Positions 14,061 through 27,179 of a stretch of 64,000 nucleotides of DNA are shown piece after piece. The notes under the pieces are model-generated. The model did no database searches and was not told where the DNA came from. It saw only the letters and a list, made by a program, of their open reading frames with translations. The stretch spans positions 5,022,001 through 5,086,000 of the forward strand of contig CM052852.1 of NCBI GenBank assembly GCA_028534125.1. The letters are read 5' to 3'. This DNA comes from Lama glama (taxonomy: Eukaryota). Position numbers and translations under genes: made by a program. How positions within the stretch are numbered: the first letter of the stretch is position 1; the number at the start of each line of letters is the position of its first letter.

Positions 14061-14429
14061 AAAATTAGAAAATCATAGGCAACTGTACAGATAAACACAC
14101 AAACACATATAACTTTAAGACCAAAGAATGTCTTATTATCAACTCACCATGTTTTGTACAATATTTATTTAATAAATTCACCCTTAAGCAAAGTGTAAGC
14201 CTTGGTCAGCTAGGCCTGGCCTCCCTACCCCTTGGAGCTCAAGATCTGACTCACTTGAATCTCCAAGTCCTCAGAAGACCAAGTTCCCCTAAGTTATATG
14301 GTGCTCCGCAGGGATCTATGTTCCTATGGTCACCTCTGCCTCTGGACTCCTTTTTCTCCCCTTGCTGGCCCAGTTCACATTGACCCAGATGGGAAACTCA
14401 ACCCCTCTGCCATCTTCTGTGGAAATCCA

Positions 14430-16910
14430 GTCACCAAAGCATTTGTTGATTTTGTGAAAACTCAGAAAAAAACAGAGCTAGATGGATATTTCATGAATAT
14501 GATTTTAAAAAACTATGTGCCAATCTAAAAGTTAACCAATGCTTAATGGATAAATAACACTAGACACAGTCCCACAAAAATCAGGAATGTCCACAACCAC
14601 TTCTATTAGTTAACATTTTGCTGGAAGGTCCTAACCCCTGCAATTAGCAGAAAAAAGAAATTATAGGCATTAGAGTTAGAAATGGGGAAGTAAAATTATT
14701 ATTACTTGAGATTATATGAAGGAAACCCTGGGAAATCCAAGATAAATAAACAAAAATAAGACTAAAGACAATAAGTGAATTCAAAACATTGCAGAACATA
14801 AGGTGAATGTAGTCGACAGTTTTTATAAATATATCAATAATAAGTTAGAAGATATAAAAGAAAAAGGAAAAGATTTCCCTTACATTGCAAAAACCAAGTT
14901 TAAATACCAAGGAATAAACTCAACACTTTAAAATGATTTTAAGAAACACTTTAAAATTGTATTCAGGGGCACAAAAGAAGACAAACATTTGGGAGGGCAC
15001 TGTCTATTCATGTATAGGATGACACATTTTTCTAGAGAGTTCTACTTGTCCTAAATTAACATATAAATTTAACAGAGTCCCAGTAAAATTCCCATCCAGA
15101 TTTTCAAAAAAACAAAAACACCTTCACCAGCCAACTCCAAATTTCATTCAGAAATATAAACAAGCAAAAGTATCATGAAAAATTCTGAAAAAGAAAAGTA
15201 ATGAGATGAGACTGATTTGTCAGATGGTCCCAATACTTACTGTGGTATTGGTGTATAGCATAATAATGGCTCAGAGTAAAAAGTCCAAAAATAGATCCAA
15301 GTACACATGGGAATTTGGTGTCTTAATGAGGTGATATCTCAGATCTGTGTATATGTGAAGGGGGTATAAGGGGATGGTTTATTAGAAAAATAGTCCAGAG
15401 ACAACTGAGTAACTGAAAAAAATAGAGACAGGATTGGGGCTGTAACTTCTCCCTTACCAGAATAAATTTCAAACATATCAAGGGTGTAAAGTAAAAAGGT
15501 GAACTTTTAAAAAATTTAAAAAACTTAGAAGAATTCATTTAGGACTTAAAAGAAAGTACTTCTAACCATTCCCCAAAACCCAGAAACCATAAATGAGAAG
15601 ACTGCGAAATTAAGGTGCACAAAAATTACTTGAAGCCAAATTCATCACAAACAAAAACAAAAGAAAAATGAACAACTGAGAAAATATTTCTAACTCACTA
15701 TTATGGACTAAATTGTGTGTTCCCCCTCCAACTTCATATGCTGAAGCCCCAACCCAAATATGACTATATTTGGAGACAGGGTCTTTGGGGAGGTAATTAA
15801 AGTTAAATGAGGTCATAAGGCCCTAATCGGAGAGGACTGGTGTCATCACAGGAAGAGACACCAGAGGGCGCCCTCTCTGCATACACACAGAGAAGAGGCC
15901 AAGTGAGGATGCAGCAAGAAAGCAGGTGTCTACAAGCCAGGAAGATAGGCCTCACCAGAAACCAGCGTTTGGCTGGAAGGTCCTAACCTCCACGATTAGC
16001 AGAAAAAAGAAAGTACAGACATTAGAGTTAGAAGTGAGGACACAAAATTATTATTAATTGAGATTATATAAAGGAAACCCTGAGAAATCCAAGATAAATA
16101 ACAGGAAGACATGCCTCACAAGAAACCAACCCTGAAGACGCCTTGATCTTGGACCTCTAGCCTCCAGGACTGTGAGAAAACAAACGTCTGCTGCTTAAGC
16201 TGCCCCGTCTGTGGTGTTCTGTTATGGCAGCCTGAGCAGACCAGTACACTCATACTCTGGAAAAAGAGTTAACTTCCTTACTGTGTAAATAACTCCTACA
16301 AAATCAGTAACAAAAAGAGCGATATAGGGGATTGATGAAGGTGCGAGGAAACAGGTTCTCTCATACACTCCTAGAGGGAAGTGTCCATTGGTACAACCAC
16401 CTATTGTCAAAGATAAAAGCAAATTCCTCTTGACCCCAGTCCTTTTGATTCTCGGTGTTTGTTCCACAGATATGCTCACATGTGAGAAATTATAAGTACA
16501 ATATTACTCACTGTAGCATTGTTCATACTGGCAAAGTATTAGAAACAATCCAAATTTTCTACCCTTGTAAGAGACCAGTTACATAAATATATTCATCTAT
16601 ACAATGAAACAGACTACAATTGTTAAATAAAAACAAAAGGGACCACTTCATGTACCAATATGATGGAAAACCTCCAAGATATTTTAACTGAAGAAGAACA
16701 AGGGTGAAAACACTGTGTGAAGTAGCTTACCATTCGTGTAAAACAAAATTCGTTCTATTTTTAGAAGATTTATTGCATCCAACAGTGTCTGCTAGGCTGA
16801 TAGAACCCTTACTTAGCCTCTAAGGTTCAATTCACGGTGATGTTTGTACAACACTAAATGTACTCAATGCCACTAGATTATACACTTAAAAATAGTTAAA
16901 ACAGTCTTTT
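14430..16910 (+). mobile_element. Degraded old L1 (L1M-type ORF2/3' remnants), interrupted by an MLT1
   Basis: A-rich L1-like segments (AAATACCAAGGAATAAACTCAAC, CCAAAAATAGATCCAA, TCACTGTAGCATTGTT); no intact ORF. Confidence 0.6.
15699..16248 (+). mobile_element. MLT1A/MST-like MaLR solo LTR carrying an internal 130-bp insertion
   Basis: TATTTGGAGACAGGGTCTTT..GAGGTAATTAAAGTTAAATGAGGTCATAAGG...CTCCAGGACTGTGAGAAAA; near-TSD CTCAC/CTCAT. Confidence 0.8.
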
Positions 16911-17149
16911 AAAAAGTCAATGAGACGTCATGTCCTCCAGAATAAAGGCCATGCTAAATACATTTTCTTTATGCTCCCACGTTAAATTTATAAAGTAACA
17001 ATGGTAAATGAAACTATCGGAAAATGTGTCTGTTTCACTACCTAGAGTATTGGTGAGGCAGCAGGGAACAAGTCCTGCCCCTGCCATGGCGTCCAAGACT
17101 GGCTCAGTACCCAGCACAAGGGAGAAGCTGAGGAAATGTGTGTCCTGCA

Positions 17150-17332
17150 GATTTCAGACTCAAGACAGCAAGGTCAACTTGTTCTGAGGATCCAGCCTGC
17201 TGGCCTCCCCTGCAAATGGAAGACTTGGCGGTCCTCACAATTGCATGAATCAATCCCTTAAAATAAATTTCTTGATACATAGCTAGCTAGCTCGATCTCT
17301 TATTGGTTCTGTTTCTTTGGAGAATCCTGATT
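17150..17332 (+). mobile_element. MLT2-like ERVL LTR 3' part
   Basis: CACAATTGCATGAATCAATCCCTTAAAATAAAT...TATTGGTTCTGTTTCTTTGGAGAATCCTGA. Confidence 0.7.
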
Positions 17333-17535
17333 TGGGACTAAAAAGCACTCCTCAGATAGCCTCATGCATTAGGCTTCCTACTGACATGGAAGGTGCAACT
17401 GAGGAGGAACCTGGAGCAAATTAGTAGAGAGCTCCCAGAACAGAGGGGCAAGAATAACATATTTTAGCATTTACTTCATGTTTTATAATTCACAATCTCT
17501 TTCTTCGGATGTAAAGCCTTATACTGCCATTGCTG

Positions 17536-17537
<2 letters not shown>

Positions 17538-17586
<49 letters not shown>
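17538..17586. repeat. (TG)n microsatellite
   Basis: About 21 uninterrupted TG units. Confidence 0.95.
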
Positions 17587-17587
<1 letters not shown>

Positions 17588-18921
17588 CTGAGAGGAAAGA
17601 GAAGAAAAATCTAAACCGTTGCTACATTCTATCTTTTAAATATTTGTACCAATAACTGCATTTAGAGCCTGTATATCTTTGATTTCTACTGCAGAAGGAC
17701 ACCGTGCGATAAAACAATATCACAAATATCTGTACCTAGCATTCAGAAGTTAAAATATGAATTTTAATAGCCCTCAAAGCATATTTCTTAGGAAACTGTG
17801 TCTGATGTGGTGGTGGCAGAGAATGGTTTCGCAGCTTTAATTCTTCAATTCCACTTGAGAGTGAGTCCAAACCACTCAAGACAGCCTTCGCCTCTTTCCT
17901 CGACAGCCGCTCATAACTTACCTTTTTGACTGTCTTTCCATTTTTACTTTTTTCTTTATTAATTCACAAGGCTTACAATAACAGATACAACTCTCTTCTG
18001 AATAGGGAAATCCAACTGAAGTCCAAAGACTCTTTGGTGAATATGGAATGATAGCAAAGAACAACGGAAGCCCTGAAGACTGACACCGTTCATACCTGTG
18101 GCTTTACCATTCAACCACACTAGACAATTTATGTTTCTCTATTTGCAACCAGCTCTCACTTTTCTGAGTTTCAGTTCTGTGTTTGAACTGCTTTTTGGAT
18201 TTCACTGCCTAGATAACCAATGTCATCACAACTGTAATGTGCCCAACACTGACCTCACCTTGCCCCTGAACCTACATACTTCTGAAAATCAGCAGCCATT
18301 TCTTTTACTCCCTCTCTTCTTACCTTTTTCATCTTAGTTTTCTCTTTGTACAGTAAGATGGTAATTTCCGACAAAGTCTACCATGTTGCTCCCTTTCAAA
18401 GTAAAAATCATGTTGGAAGGTCCCTGATTAGTTTATACTTTAAAAAGTAAGAGGCCACTCTAATACCTGCCAGAAATTTCATTAACATAACCCTATTATT
18501 GCTCCATTTCTCTTTAACTTTGGTAATTATTAGCAAGTCAGATCCATCACCAATTATTTCCACAGGGAAGAGAGGATGAAATCTCCCATTCCTCAGGCAA
18601 GACTATCCTGAGGTCTCCTGCCTGGGTGGGCGGCAACTCACACTGCTCTGCCCAGCTCCTCTCCAGAGCAACGTGCCTTTCACCCGTCGTTACCAGGGCT
18701 ACGCCCACTTTTTCAGTCCACCATGTTGAATCTGCTCTGCCATAAAGGCCCACTTGTGGCAACAAATGGCCTAATAACTTAATCACAAGAACGTAATAAT
18801 AACAATAATAATAACAGTTTACTACTAAACACTAGCTTCCCCTACTCCATTTTACCTTCAGAATGACTGGGGTGGAAAGAAGGGGAATGAAGTTAAACTG
18901 TCCCGATGTCGTTACTTAGGG

Positions 18922-18924
<3 letters not shown>

Positions 18925-18952
<28 letters not shown>
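18925..18952. repeat. (CA)n microsatellite
   Basis: Directly visible. Confidence 0.9.
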
Positions 18953-18957
<5 letters not shown>

Positions 18958-19081
18958 TGCGCGCGCAACCAAGTACGCGCATTTGGATATTATATTCTGC
19001 CCAAGCTGAGGAGGTAGGAGCCCACGCTCTAGCAGCCAGGTTATCAAGGACAGCAAGCTTCTAGCCTTGTTTTGCCTAGAA

Positions 19082-19310
19082 CAGGGTTTCTCAGCCTTGG
19101 CACTTTTGACATTTGGGCTGGATGATTCCCTGTTGCAAGAACCGTCCTGAACCTTTGAGGATGTTTAGCAGCATCCCCCTCCTTGATCCACTGGATACCG
19201 ATAGCAACTCCTACCCTCAGTGTGACTACCAAGAATGTTTCCAGACATTGCCAAATGCCTCCTGGGTGGGGGTACAAAATCCCACCCACCCCCATTGGAG
19301 AATCGCTGCT
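19082..19310. mobile_element. MER20-like hAT MITE
   Basis: CAGGGTTTCTCAGCCTTGGCACTTTTGACATTTGGGCTGGATGATTC...CCAGACATTGCCAAATG. Confidence 0.8.
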
Positions 19311-20149
19311 AGGGAGGGAGGGCAGCAAGGCCCTGCCTCCTATCAAACCTCACACATGATGGATTCCCAAATGGGGGGAAAGGCTGAGTACCTCCCTTTC
19401 AGCATTCATCAGAGGACAACCTTCCATCTTCTGATGTGGTCCTACAGCAGGCCTGTCAGTGCCCTCCCAGCCCCACCTGGCAGGTATCAAGGAGAGCATG
19501 GTCTTAAATAAGCTCAGCTATAAACTAGAGAAACTTTCCCAAACAGTGGTGCCCTGTGGACATCTGGATACATGGAACTGGGGTTCAGATAAGTTGGGAG
19601 TGAGCCACAATAAAAGGCAGTTATCTATAATCAGTGTGTTAAAATTGATTCATTTTTTAGAGATTTATGTCAAGAGATCCTGGTCTCATAAAAATAAATA
19701 AAGAAATAAAACACACACACACACACAAAAGCTTGGGACTTATTTGTCAGCACAAACATACCCTCTGAAGTTACTACAATGGCAGTGACAATATTAAGCA
19801 GAATGATAACCTCTAGTACTCGAATTTTACTGACAACAGATCCCTTTGAAGAACAGTGGCATTTACTGTATTTCAAAAAGTGAGAGGCAGCCCTGGCCCT
19901 TGAGAGAGACATGGTCCCTCTGAATACAGATGGGGCAAGGCCCGGTGAGTTCCTGCAGACCCATGGAGCACTGAGCTATGAGGATGCCCACTGGCTGTGC
20001 CTCAGGAACTTGCCTTCACGCATCCAGGCCTCAGCAAAGACTGTGGAGGTCATGGGCAGTGCTGGCAGGGAGCCAAATGAAGGTCTCCAGGTATAACTGG
20101 AGAGTGGGGAAGAGCGAAGTTGAGAAGAACAAGTTCTCCCTGTTGTCAG

Positions 20150-20865
20150 GTCGATAACTCTTTTTAAAACAGTTTTACGGCCTCACATGTCACTTGGAAG
20201 AGAATGCAAACTACCCGCCCCCCCTGGCCTGTGAAGCCCACACTGTCCAGCCCCCACAGCCTCTCCCACATTTCTGCCCTCACTCACGGTGTGTTCACTC
20301 CCTGTTCACTCCAGCCACAGAACGCTCTCCTTTGCTGTTCCCATTCTCTGGACCACTGTTACTCCTGATCTTTACACAGTTGGGTCCTTCTCCTCATCCA
20401 GGTCTCAGCTAAAACAGCCCCTCCTTAGGGAAGTCTTTCCTGACAACCATATCAAGGTTGTATCCAGGGCTCCAATCTGGACTGTGCACACAGACCTCCT
20501 GGAGCCTGTTATAATGCGACTGGGGCTCAGTGGGGGTGGGGGCGGGTGTTGAGGCTACGACTGCATTCCAGCAAGCTCCCAGGAGCTGCAAACCTGCTGC
20601 TTCATGGACCACACTTTGAGAAGCAGGATCACCCCTCAATCTCCGCCACACTACTTGTTTCATTTTCTTCGTGGTGTTTCTCACACTTTGAAACTATCTT
20701 TTTGTATATTAGATTGTTGGCTGCTTGGCTGATCTATCTGTTCACCTAGAAGGTTAAATCCCTCAGAGCACGGATGTTGTCCAGTGGGTTAACCTTTGTA
20801 TTCCCAGCAATTAACACAGGACCTGATATGTCACAGATGCTCCAGATGTACTGTTGAATGAATGA
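20150..20865 (+). mobile_element. L2 3' fragments with a nested MER5-like piece (~20455-20625)
   Basis: CAGGTCTCAGCTAAAA...CCTTAGGGAAGTCTTTCCTGAC; TTTGTATTCCCAGCA..ACACAGGACCTGA...TGTTGAATGAATGA L2 terminus. Confidence 0.6.
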
Positions 20866-21779
20866 TGTTGTTCAAGATTCACTGACTCCTTTACCTGTAA
20901 GTGCCTGCTTACTGACTGCTTCAGTGACTGCTCATTTATAAGCCAGGAACTAGACTGTAATTGGACAGTGCTAGTTACCAAGAAACTGCCAGTTCCAGGT
21001 CCAAGCTGAGATATGAAGTTTATACTAGAATATAAATCTGCTGTCATTAGGCATAATTTTAGCTGAGATGATAAATTTTCATTGCAAGATTTTCTTGATG
21101 AAGGAAGTAATGCCTCACTTTTCCTCTGTCCAAGCTTCTCATCTCTGGGTAGACTTGTATGTGAACTAGATCCCACTGGGGCGATATATTTTGAATAGCA
21201 CTCAAACAGGGGTTAGAAAGCTTAAAAAACAGACTTCTTCATTTCAAATAACCCAATAACCCATAGATAGGTAGGATAAATATACCTTTAAACACCTAAT
21301 TACAGAATATTTTTGTCACGTACTATAAGGGTATTGTGTGAGAGACAAGAAATTGACCCCCGGTCCTTCCCCTTAGCTATGCCCTCCCAGGCCACCTGCA
21401 CCCCATTAGAACCATGAATTTTCCCACTCTTGCCCTGATGGAGTCACTTCCACCACACCCTTGTATCTTTCCATGCTCACGCCCCTCCCCACATGGCCAT
21501 GTCCCTCCTCTCTACCTGGCCATACGGGGCTCATCTGAGTCTCACTCCTCCTACCACATCCCTGTTTTCCTCCTTGGCCACACCTATACCCCATGCAAAG
21601 CTAGCTGTGCTCTCCTGCTGAGACCCTACCTTCTGCGTCATGACCTCATTCCTGGGCCACACTCTGTTCCCACATTCTGGCCACGCTTCTCCTAAATGGG
21701 CCGAAATTTCTGTGCTGCTTCTGCCCAGGGGCCTGATTTTGGGAAATGCTGGAGATGTGGGATGGGCCCCGGGTCTTCC

Positions 21780-22298
21780 AAGAAATTATGAAAGGGATCT
21801 ATGGAATTTTGAGAGAGAACAGAATAGTAGGAGAAGTGGGAATTAACAGTAGAAGAGAAGAAAGAATTATGTGAGAGAGGAGAGAATTTTCTGAGAGAAT
21901 TGTGAAAGACAACAATGTATTGTGAGAATGGAAAATTGTGACAGGAAATGGGGAATTGGGGAAAAAAAGAATTGGAAGAGAAAAAGGAAATTATTAGAAA
22001 GAACAAAAAACTGTGGGAAGGTTGAAGAATTGTGGGAGACAAGGGGAATTCCTGGAAAGAACAGAGAATTGTGGGGAACACATGGAATTGTGGGAGAGAG
22101 TAGAGAATCATGGGGAAACACAGAGAATTATGGTAAACACATGGAACTGTGGATGTGACAGAGAATTGTGGGGGACGATAGAGAATTATGGGAGACACAT
22201 GGAGTGACAGAGAATTGTGGGAGACAATAGAGGACTGTGGCTGACCTGTGGAATTGTGGGAAAAATCTGAGCCTTTTGGGAACATGGGGAATTGTGAG
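21780..22298 (+). repeat. Degenerate ~20-bp purine-rich tandem array, left arm (core GAATTGTGGGA)
   Basis: Repeated GAATT(G/A)TG(G/A)GA at ~20-nt spacing. Confidence 0.85.
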
Positions 22299-23900
22299 GC
22301 TTTCTGATTTCAAACTGTATTACAAAGCTATAGTAATCAAAACAGTATGGTATTGGCATAAAAACAGACATATAGAAGACTGGAACCGAACAGAGAGTCC
22401 AGAAAAAAACATCCATGCATATATGGCCAAATAATTTATCACAAAGGAGCCAGGAATATACAATGAAGAAAAGAAAGTCTCTTCAATAAACAATATTGGG
22501 AAACTGCACAGCCACCATCAAAAGAATGAAATTGGAACACTATCTTACAGTATACACAAATATTAACTCAAAGTGGATTAAAGACTTGAATGTAAGACCT
22601 GAAACCATAAAACTCCTATGAGAAAACGACTACAAGTTTACAGGGCCATAAACTCCTTGACATTAGTCTTGGAGATGATCTTTTGGATTTGGCAACAAAA
22701 GTAAAAATAAACAAGTGGGACTACATCAAACTAAAAAGCTTCTGCACAGCAAAGCTATCTGCATATCTTCTGTATAGCAAAAAAGGCAACCTATCCAATA
22801 GGAGAACATATTTGCAAATCATGTATCTGATGAAGCATCGATATTGAAAATATATAAAGAACTCATACAACTCAAAGCAAAAAACAAACAACCCAACAAA
22901 AAAATGGGAAGAGAAACTGAACAAATATTTTTCCAAAGAAGATACACACAGATGGCCAACGGGTACATTAAAAAAGTGCTCAACATCACTAATCTTCAGT
23001 GAAATGCGAATGAACCCAGATATCACTTCACACCTGTTAAAATCACTACTATCAGAAANNNNNNNNNNNNNNNNNNNNNNNNNNNNNNNNNNNNNNNNNN
23101 NNNNNNNNNNNNNNNNNNNNNNNNNNNNNNNNNNNNNNNNNNNNNNNNNNNNNNNNNNNNNNNNNNNNNNNNNNNNNNNNNNNNNNNNNNNNNNNNGCAA
23201 TTCCACTTTGCATGTTTATCCAAAGGAAATTAAAACACTAATTTTAAAAGATATACACACCCACATAATTCATTACAGCATTATTTACAATAGCCAAGGC
23301 ACAGAAGCAAACTAAGTGCCCATCAATGGATAAATGGACAAAGAAGATGTAGTATATGTATGCAACAGAATATTATTCAGCCATAAAAAGAAGGAACTCC
23401 TGCCATTTATGACAACATAGAACAACCTTGAGAGTACTATTTAGCATAATAAACTTAGCATGAAATAAACCAAAGACAAATACCATGTAATCTCACTTAT
23501 ACGTGGAATCTTATAAAAAAAAAAAAGAACTCATAGATAAAAAGAATAGATTGGTGGCTGCCAGAGGCGGGAGGTTGGGGGTGGGGTGAAATAGGTGAAG
23601 GTGGTCAAAAGATACAAACTTCCAGTTATAAAATAAATAAGTCCTCAGGATATAATATACAGCATGGCAACTATAGTTAATAATACTGTATTGTATATTT
23701 CGAAGTTGCTAAGAGAGTAGATCTTAAAGCTTCTCATCACAAGAAAAAATTTTGCCATTAAGTGTGGTGATGAATGTTAATTAGATTTATTGTGGTGATC
23801 TTTTCCCAATATACACATATATCAAATCATTATGTTGTACACCTGAAACTAATGTAACATACATCAATTATATCTCAATTTAAAAAACAATTAAAACAAC
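22299..23900 (+). mobile_element. 5'-truncated L1 (ORF2 end + L1MA9-like 3' UTR; N gap 23059-23196)
   Basis: [23 protein letters not shown] is an L1 ORF2 motif; 3' UTR GGTCAAAAGATACAAACTTCCAGTTATAAAATAAATAAGTC...; A-rich tail. Confidence 0.9.
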
Positions 23901-23909
23901 CCCCACTGC

Positions 23910-24262
23910 AAAAATTGTGAGAAAGACAAGGAATTATGGAAGACGCAGAGAATAGTGAAGAAGAACAAAAAATTGTGAGTGAGACTGGGAACTGTGGAAG
24001 AGAATAAAGATTTGCAGGAGGCATGAGGAATTCTGGGAAAGGACAGAGAAATGCGGGAAACACTGAGAATTGTGGGAAAAAAAGAACTATGGAGAAGAGG
24101 GAATCATGGGAGAAACTGGGGAACTGTGAAAGAGAATGCTACAAGAAAACAGCTGTGAGAAAGAATGGAGAATTGTGGAAGAGATGGGGAATTATAGGAG
24201 AAATAGGGAATTATGGGAAAGAAAGGAGAATTGTGTAAGGGAGGAGGAATTGTGAGAGCTCT
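23910..24262 (+). repeat. Degenerate ~20-bp purine-rich tandem array, right arm
   Basis: Same GAATTGTGGGA-type units resume immediately after the L1 tail. Confidence 0.85.
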
Positions 24263-24569
24263 GAGAACAAAAGCAACACTTTGTAAACATAAGCAATTAT
24301 AGGTTTGGAAAGGAGACTCACTTTACCAGGATCAGTCATAATTTCAGTTCGTAACTCTAAAAGAGATCTGATTTTTCCTCTCTCCTCAACCCTGGCTCTG
24401 ACAGCAACAGTTCCCATCACATTACCATGGACTGGCAAACCTGTATACACCGCCTTGTATATGTGCATGTCCACACACATGCACATACTCACATACACAT
24501 ACACACGCATGCATAGACAAGCATACACACATACATACAAGCACATATACACACATCCTGGAAACTTCA

Positions 24570-25370
24570 AACATAAACAGAAATCAACCTAATGAAATGG
24601 TGAGGAAATTTTTTAAATCTCCTAAAAAAATAAAACAAAATGAAAAAGTCATAGAAAATGAGGGAAAATATATGAAAATCAAACTGCCAGTCTAGGAATC
24701 CAACAATAGGTGAGTAATAGAAGTTCCTTAAATGAGAGAACAAAGAAAGAGGAGGGGAGCAAGTTACTAAGAAAATTATTAATACAAGAAAATATCCCCC
24801 ACATGAAGGATATGGGTATCTGGAATGAACAGTCCCATCAGGTGCCAAGCCAGTGAAAGCAAAGAGGTCTATATCAAGGCATATCTTTTCAGGCCACGGG
24901 AAGAAAGAGATGTCAATATCGAGGAAGAAAAAAAAAAGAAATAGAGATTTCTCAACATCAACACTGGAGACTAAAACACAATGAAGCAACCACTTAACAA
25001 TTCTGAAAGAAAAATTTCTACACCTAGAATTATACATCCAAACTACCAATCAAGTGGGAGGGTAAAACACAGACAGTTTCTGATTTTTCAAGACCTCAAA
25101 CCTGATGTGCTCCCAAAACAATGCAAAGGAGAATACATGGTATCCAAGAACCAGAGATCCAACACCAGACGGGAAAAGGTTGAAAGCAAGTCCCAGGAAG
25201 GAAACTGCAGAGGTGAGATGTTTATCCAAGAGTGAGGTCTTAAGGATTAAAAAAAAAGGAAACATATAGAGTAGTTGATGTATATGAATGTGTTGGGAGG
25301 AGATTTACAATACCGGCAGGAAATTTAGGGATAATCATTTAAAACTAGACAAAGGGAAAACACAAGGCAA
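24570..25370 (+). mobile_element. Degraded old L1 ORF1-region fragment
   Basis: GATTTCTCAACATCAACACTGGAGACTAAAACACAATG...CCTAGAATTATACATCCA resembles L1M ORF1. Confidence 0.55.
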
Positions 25371-25649
25371 GTATTACATTTTAGTGGAAAAGGAGTTTCT
25401 CCTTCCTTTCTATCCACTCCCTGCACATCACCCCCACCTTGCTTTTTGCCCAGGAACAGTCTGCACATACATGTACTGAGATGTAAATATGATGATTTGT
25501 TTGCATGCCTGTTTCTTCAATTACCAAGTGATTTTGCCCTTTTTGTGCCACGTGCCCCTTTGAATCTGGTGATGTCTGTAAGTATCTTCTCACAATAATA
25601 TTTTTACATGCATAAAACAAATACAAGAAATTATAGAAGAGATCAATTA

Positions 25650-25857
25650 CAGTCACCCCTCAGTATCCACAGGGGTTTGGTTCCAGGACCCAGCGCAGAT
25701 GCCAAATTCCAAAGATGTTCAAATCCCATAGTCAGCCCTCCATATCCATGGTTCAACCGACCCCAGATCGTGTAGTACTGTAATATTCATTGGGGAAAAA
25801 AATCCAAGTATAAGTGGACATGCGCAGTTCAAGCCCATGTTGTTCAAGAGTCTACTG
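25650..25857. mobile_element. MER2/MER8-like TcMar-Tigger MITE
   Basis: TA|CAGTCACCCCTCAGTATCCACAGGGGTTTGGTTCCAGGACCC...GTTGTTCAAGAGTCTACTG|TA with TA target duplication. Confidence 0.8.
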
Positions 25858-25939
25858 TATATTGGAATATAGTTATCAACATATTAAAAAAACAGATTTT
25901 GATTGTTAAAGGCTAGGTTCCCCAGGAAATACACACCAA

Positions 25940-26419
25940 TGTAATACAGTTTTTTAAATGCTGTCTTGATCCAGTGTTGAGGCTCTGGCTAGAGGCTGGT
26001 CACTTCCTCTACATGAGCAGCTAAACCCACATCCAACAACCACCTCCCTTATTGGGATCTCACACTCTTGGCCACTATACACCTACCCTAATCACCCCAG
26101 GGCCAAGTACCAGACCACTGGGGACAGCCCCTACACTCCAGAGCCTGCTGAAATTATTCAAATTAGTCAATCCTAAACCTGCATACCCTGCTTTGCCCAT
26201 TCCTTCCCTTGGAAATCATAACAAAGGCTCATGCCCATAGTTCCCCCCTCTTCCCCTGCCTGGTGATCAACCCCAGTGCCTCCCCACGTGACTCCCCATG
26301 GTGTCATGTGTACTCCCTCTTTTGGGATCTGCGAGTATAATAAACTATCTTTTTAATGACCGTCATTTCTTGATTTGTTGGCCTCACCAAACCTAAATAA
26401 CAATTAAATTTATTAAAAC
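25940..26419 (+). mobile_element. MER74/MER73-like ERVL LTR, nested in an older LTR33/LTR16-like LTR (~25905-26720)
   Basis: CCCTAATCACCCCAGGGCCAAGTACCAGACCACTGGGGACAGCCCCTA...GAAATTATTCAAATTAGTCAATCCTAA; flanks resemble an ERVL LTR (GGGCAGAGGGAGAAACTGAACTGTGATGCAG). Confidence 0.65.
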
Positions 26420-27179
26420 GGCTGACTTCCCCAACATTTGTGCATGCATATACTCTCCTGAACAGCTTCAAGAGAGGGTGATGGAAAGACTGGGCAGAGG
26501 GAGAAACTGAACTGTGATGCAGTCAAAGCGGAAGCATCTGCTGATCCATACGAGCAGCTCTGAAGCTGGGAGGGCCCCTCTGAGTTGTCTCCCTTGAGGT
26601 GAGGGACCTGGGCTTATGTATCCTTGCAGACATTACTCATAGGCTGCTGCCTGTCCCCAGAAAAGGAATGTGATTTTGCCTGAAGCAGTTCTCTCAGGCA
26701 GAGGGCAATTCCTGAAGAGGCTTCACAGACCCACTACGATGATACAGAAAGACATATGCTTCTTATTAATACTTTAAATAATAAGATAAACTTACTGTAA
26801 TTTCAAAGTAGTGATGAAAACTATTTTGAGAAACAAAAATCACATGTGACATTAATTTCCCTGCGACTGCAATTAGTGCCACATGTAGGTAGCCCTACTA
26901 GGATTTGTTGCCCACATTGCTGATGCAAAAAAATACTAAATTTCTGTCAGAGGCAAGTGAAAATACAGACCTTCAAATCCACACACCCAGTTAAGAAAGC
27001 CTGGGGAGCCGGGACCTTGTTTTGTTCATTTTTGGATCTCCAGAGTCGGCCACAGTTCAGCACAGCTACTTAAGTTTCTTGAGTCATAACTATAATTAAA
27101 ACTGACGGGATACCATTTAAAAGACATAAACTGGAAAACTAACTCTCCCAAAGCAACGCCTCTGCAGCTTAAGGCATCT

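Noticed and set aside
21692-22285. 197-aa and other repetitive ORFs (SHNSL / ENCG / ELW repeats)
   Set aside because: By-products of the ~20-bp tandem array; ORFs appear in several frames on both strands with no splice or codon evidence.
21780-24262. Repeat-spacer appearance reminiscent of a CRISPR array
   Set aside because: Mammalian DNA, degenerate ~11-bp core with ~9-bp related spacers, no cas genes.
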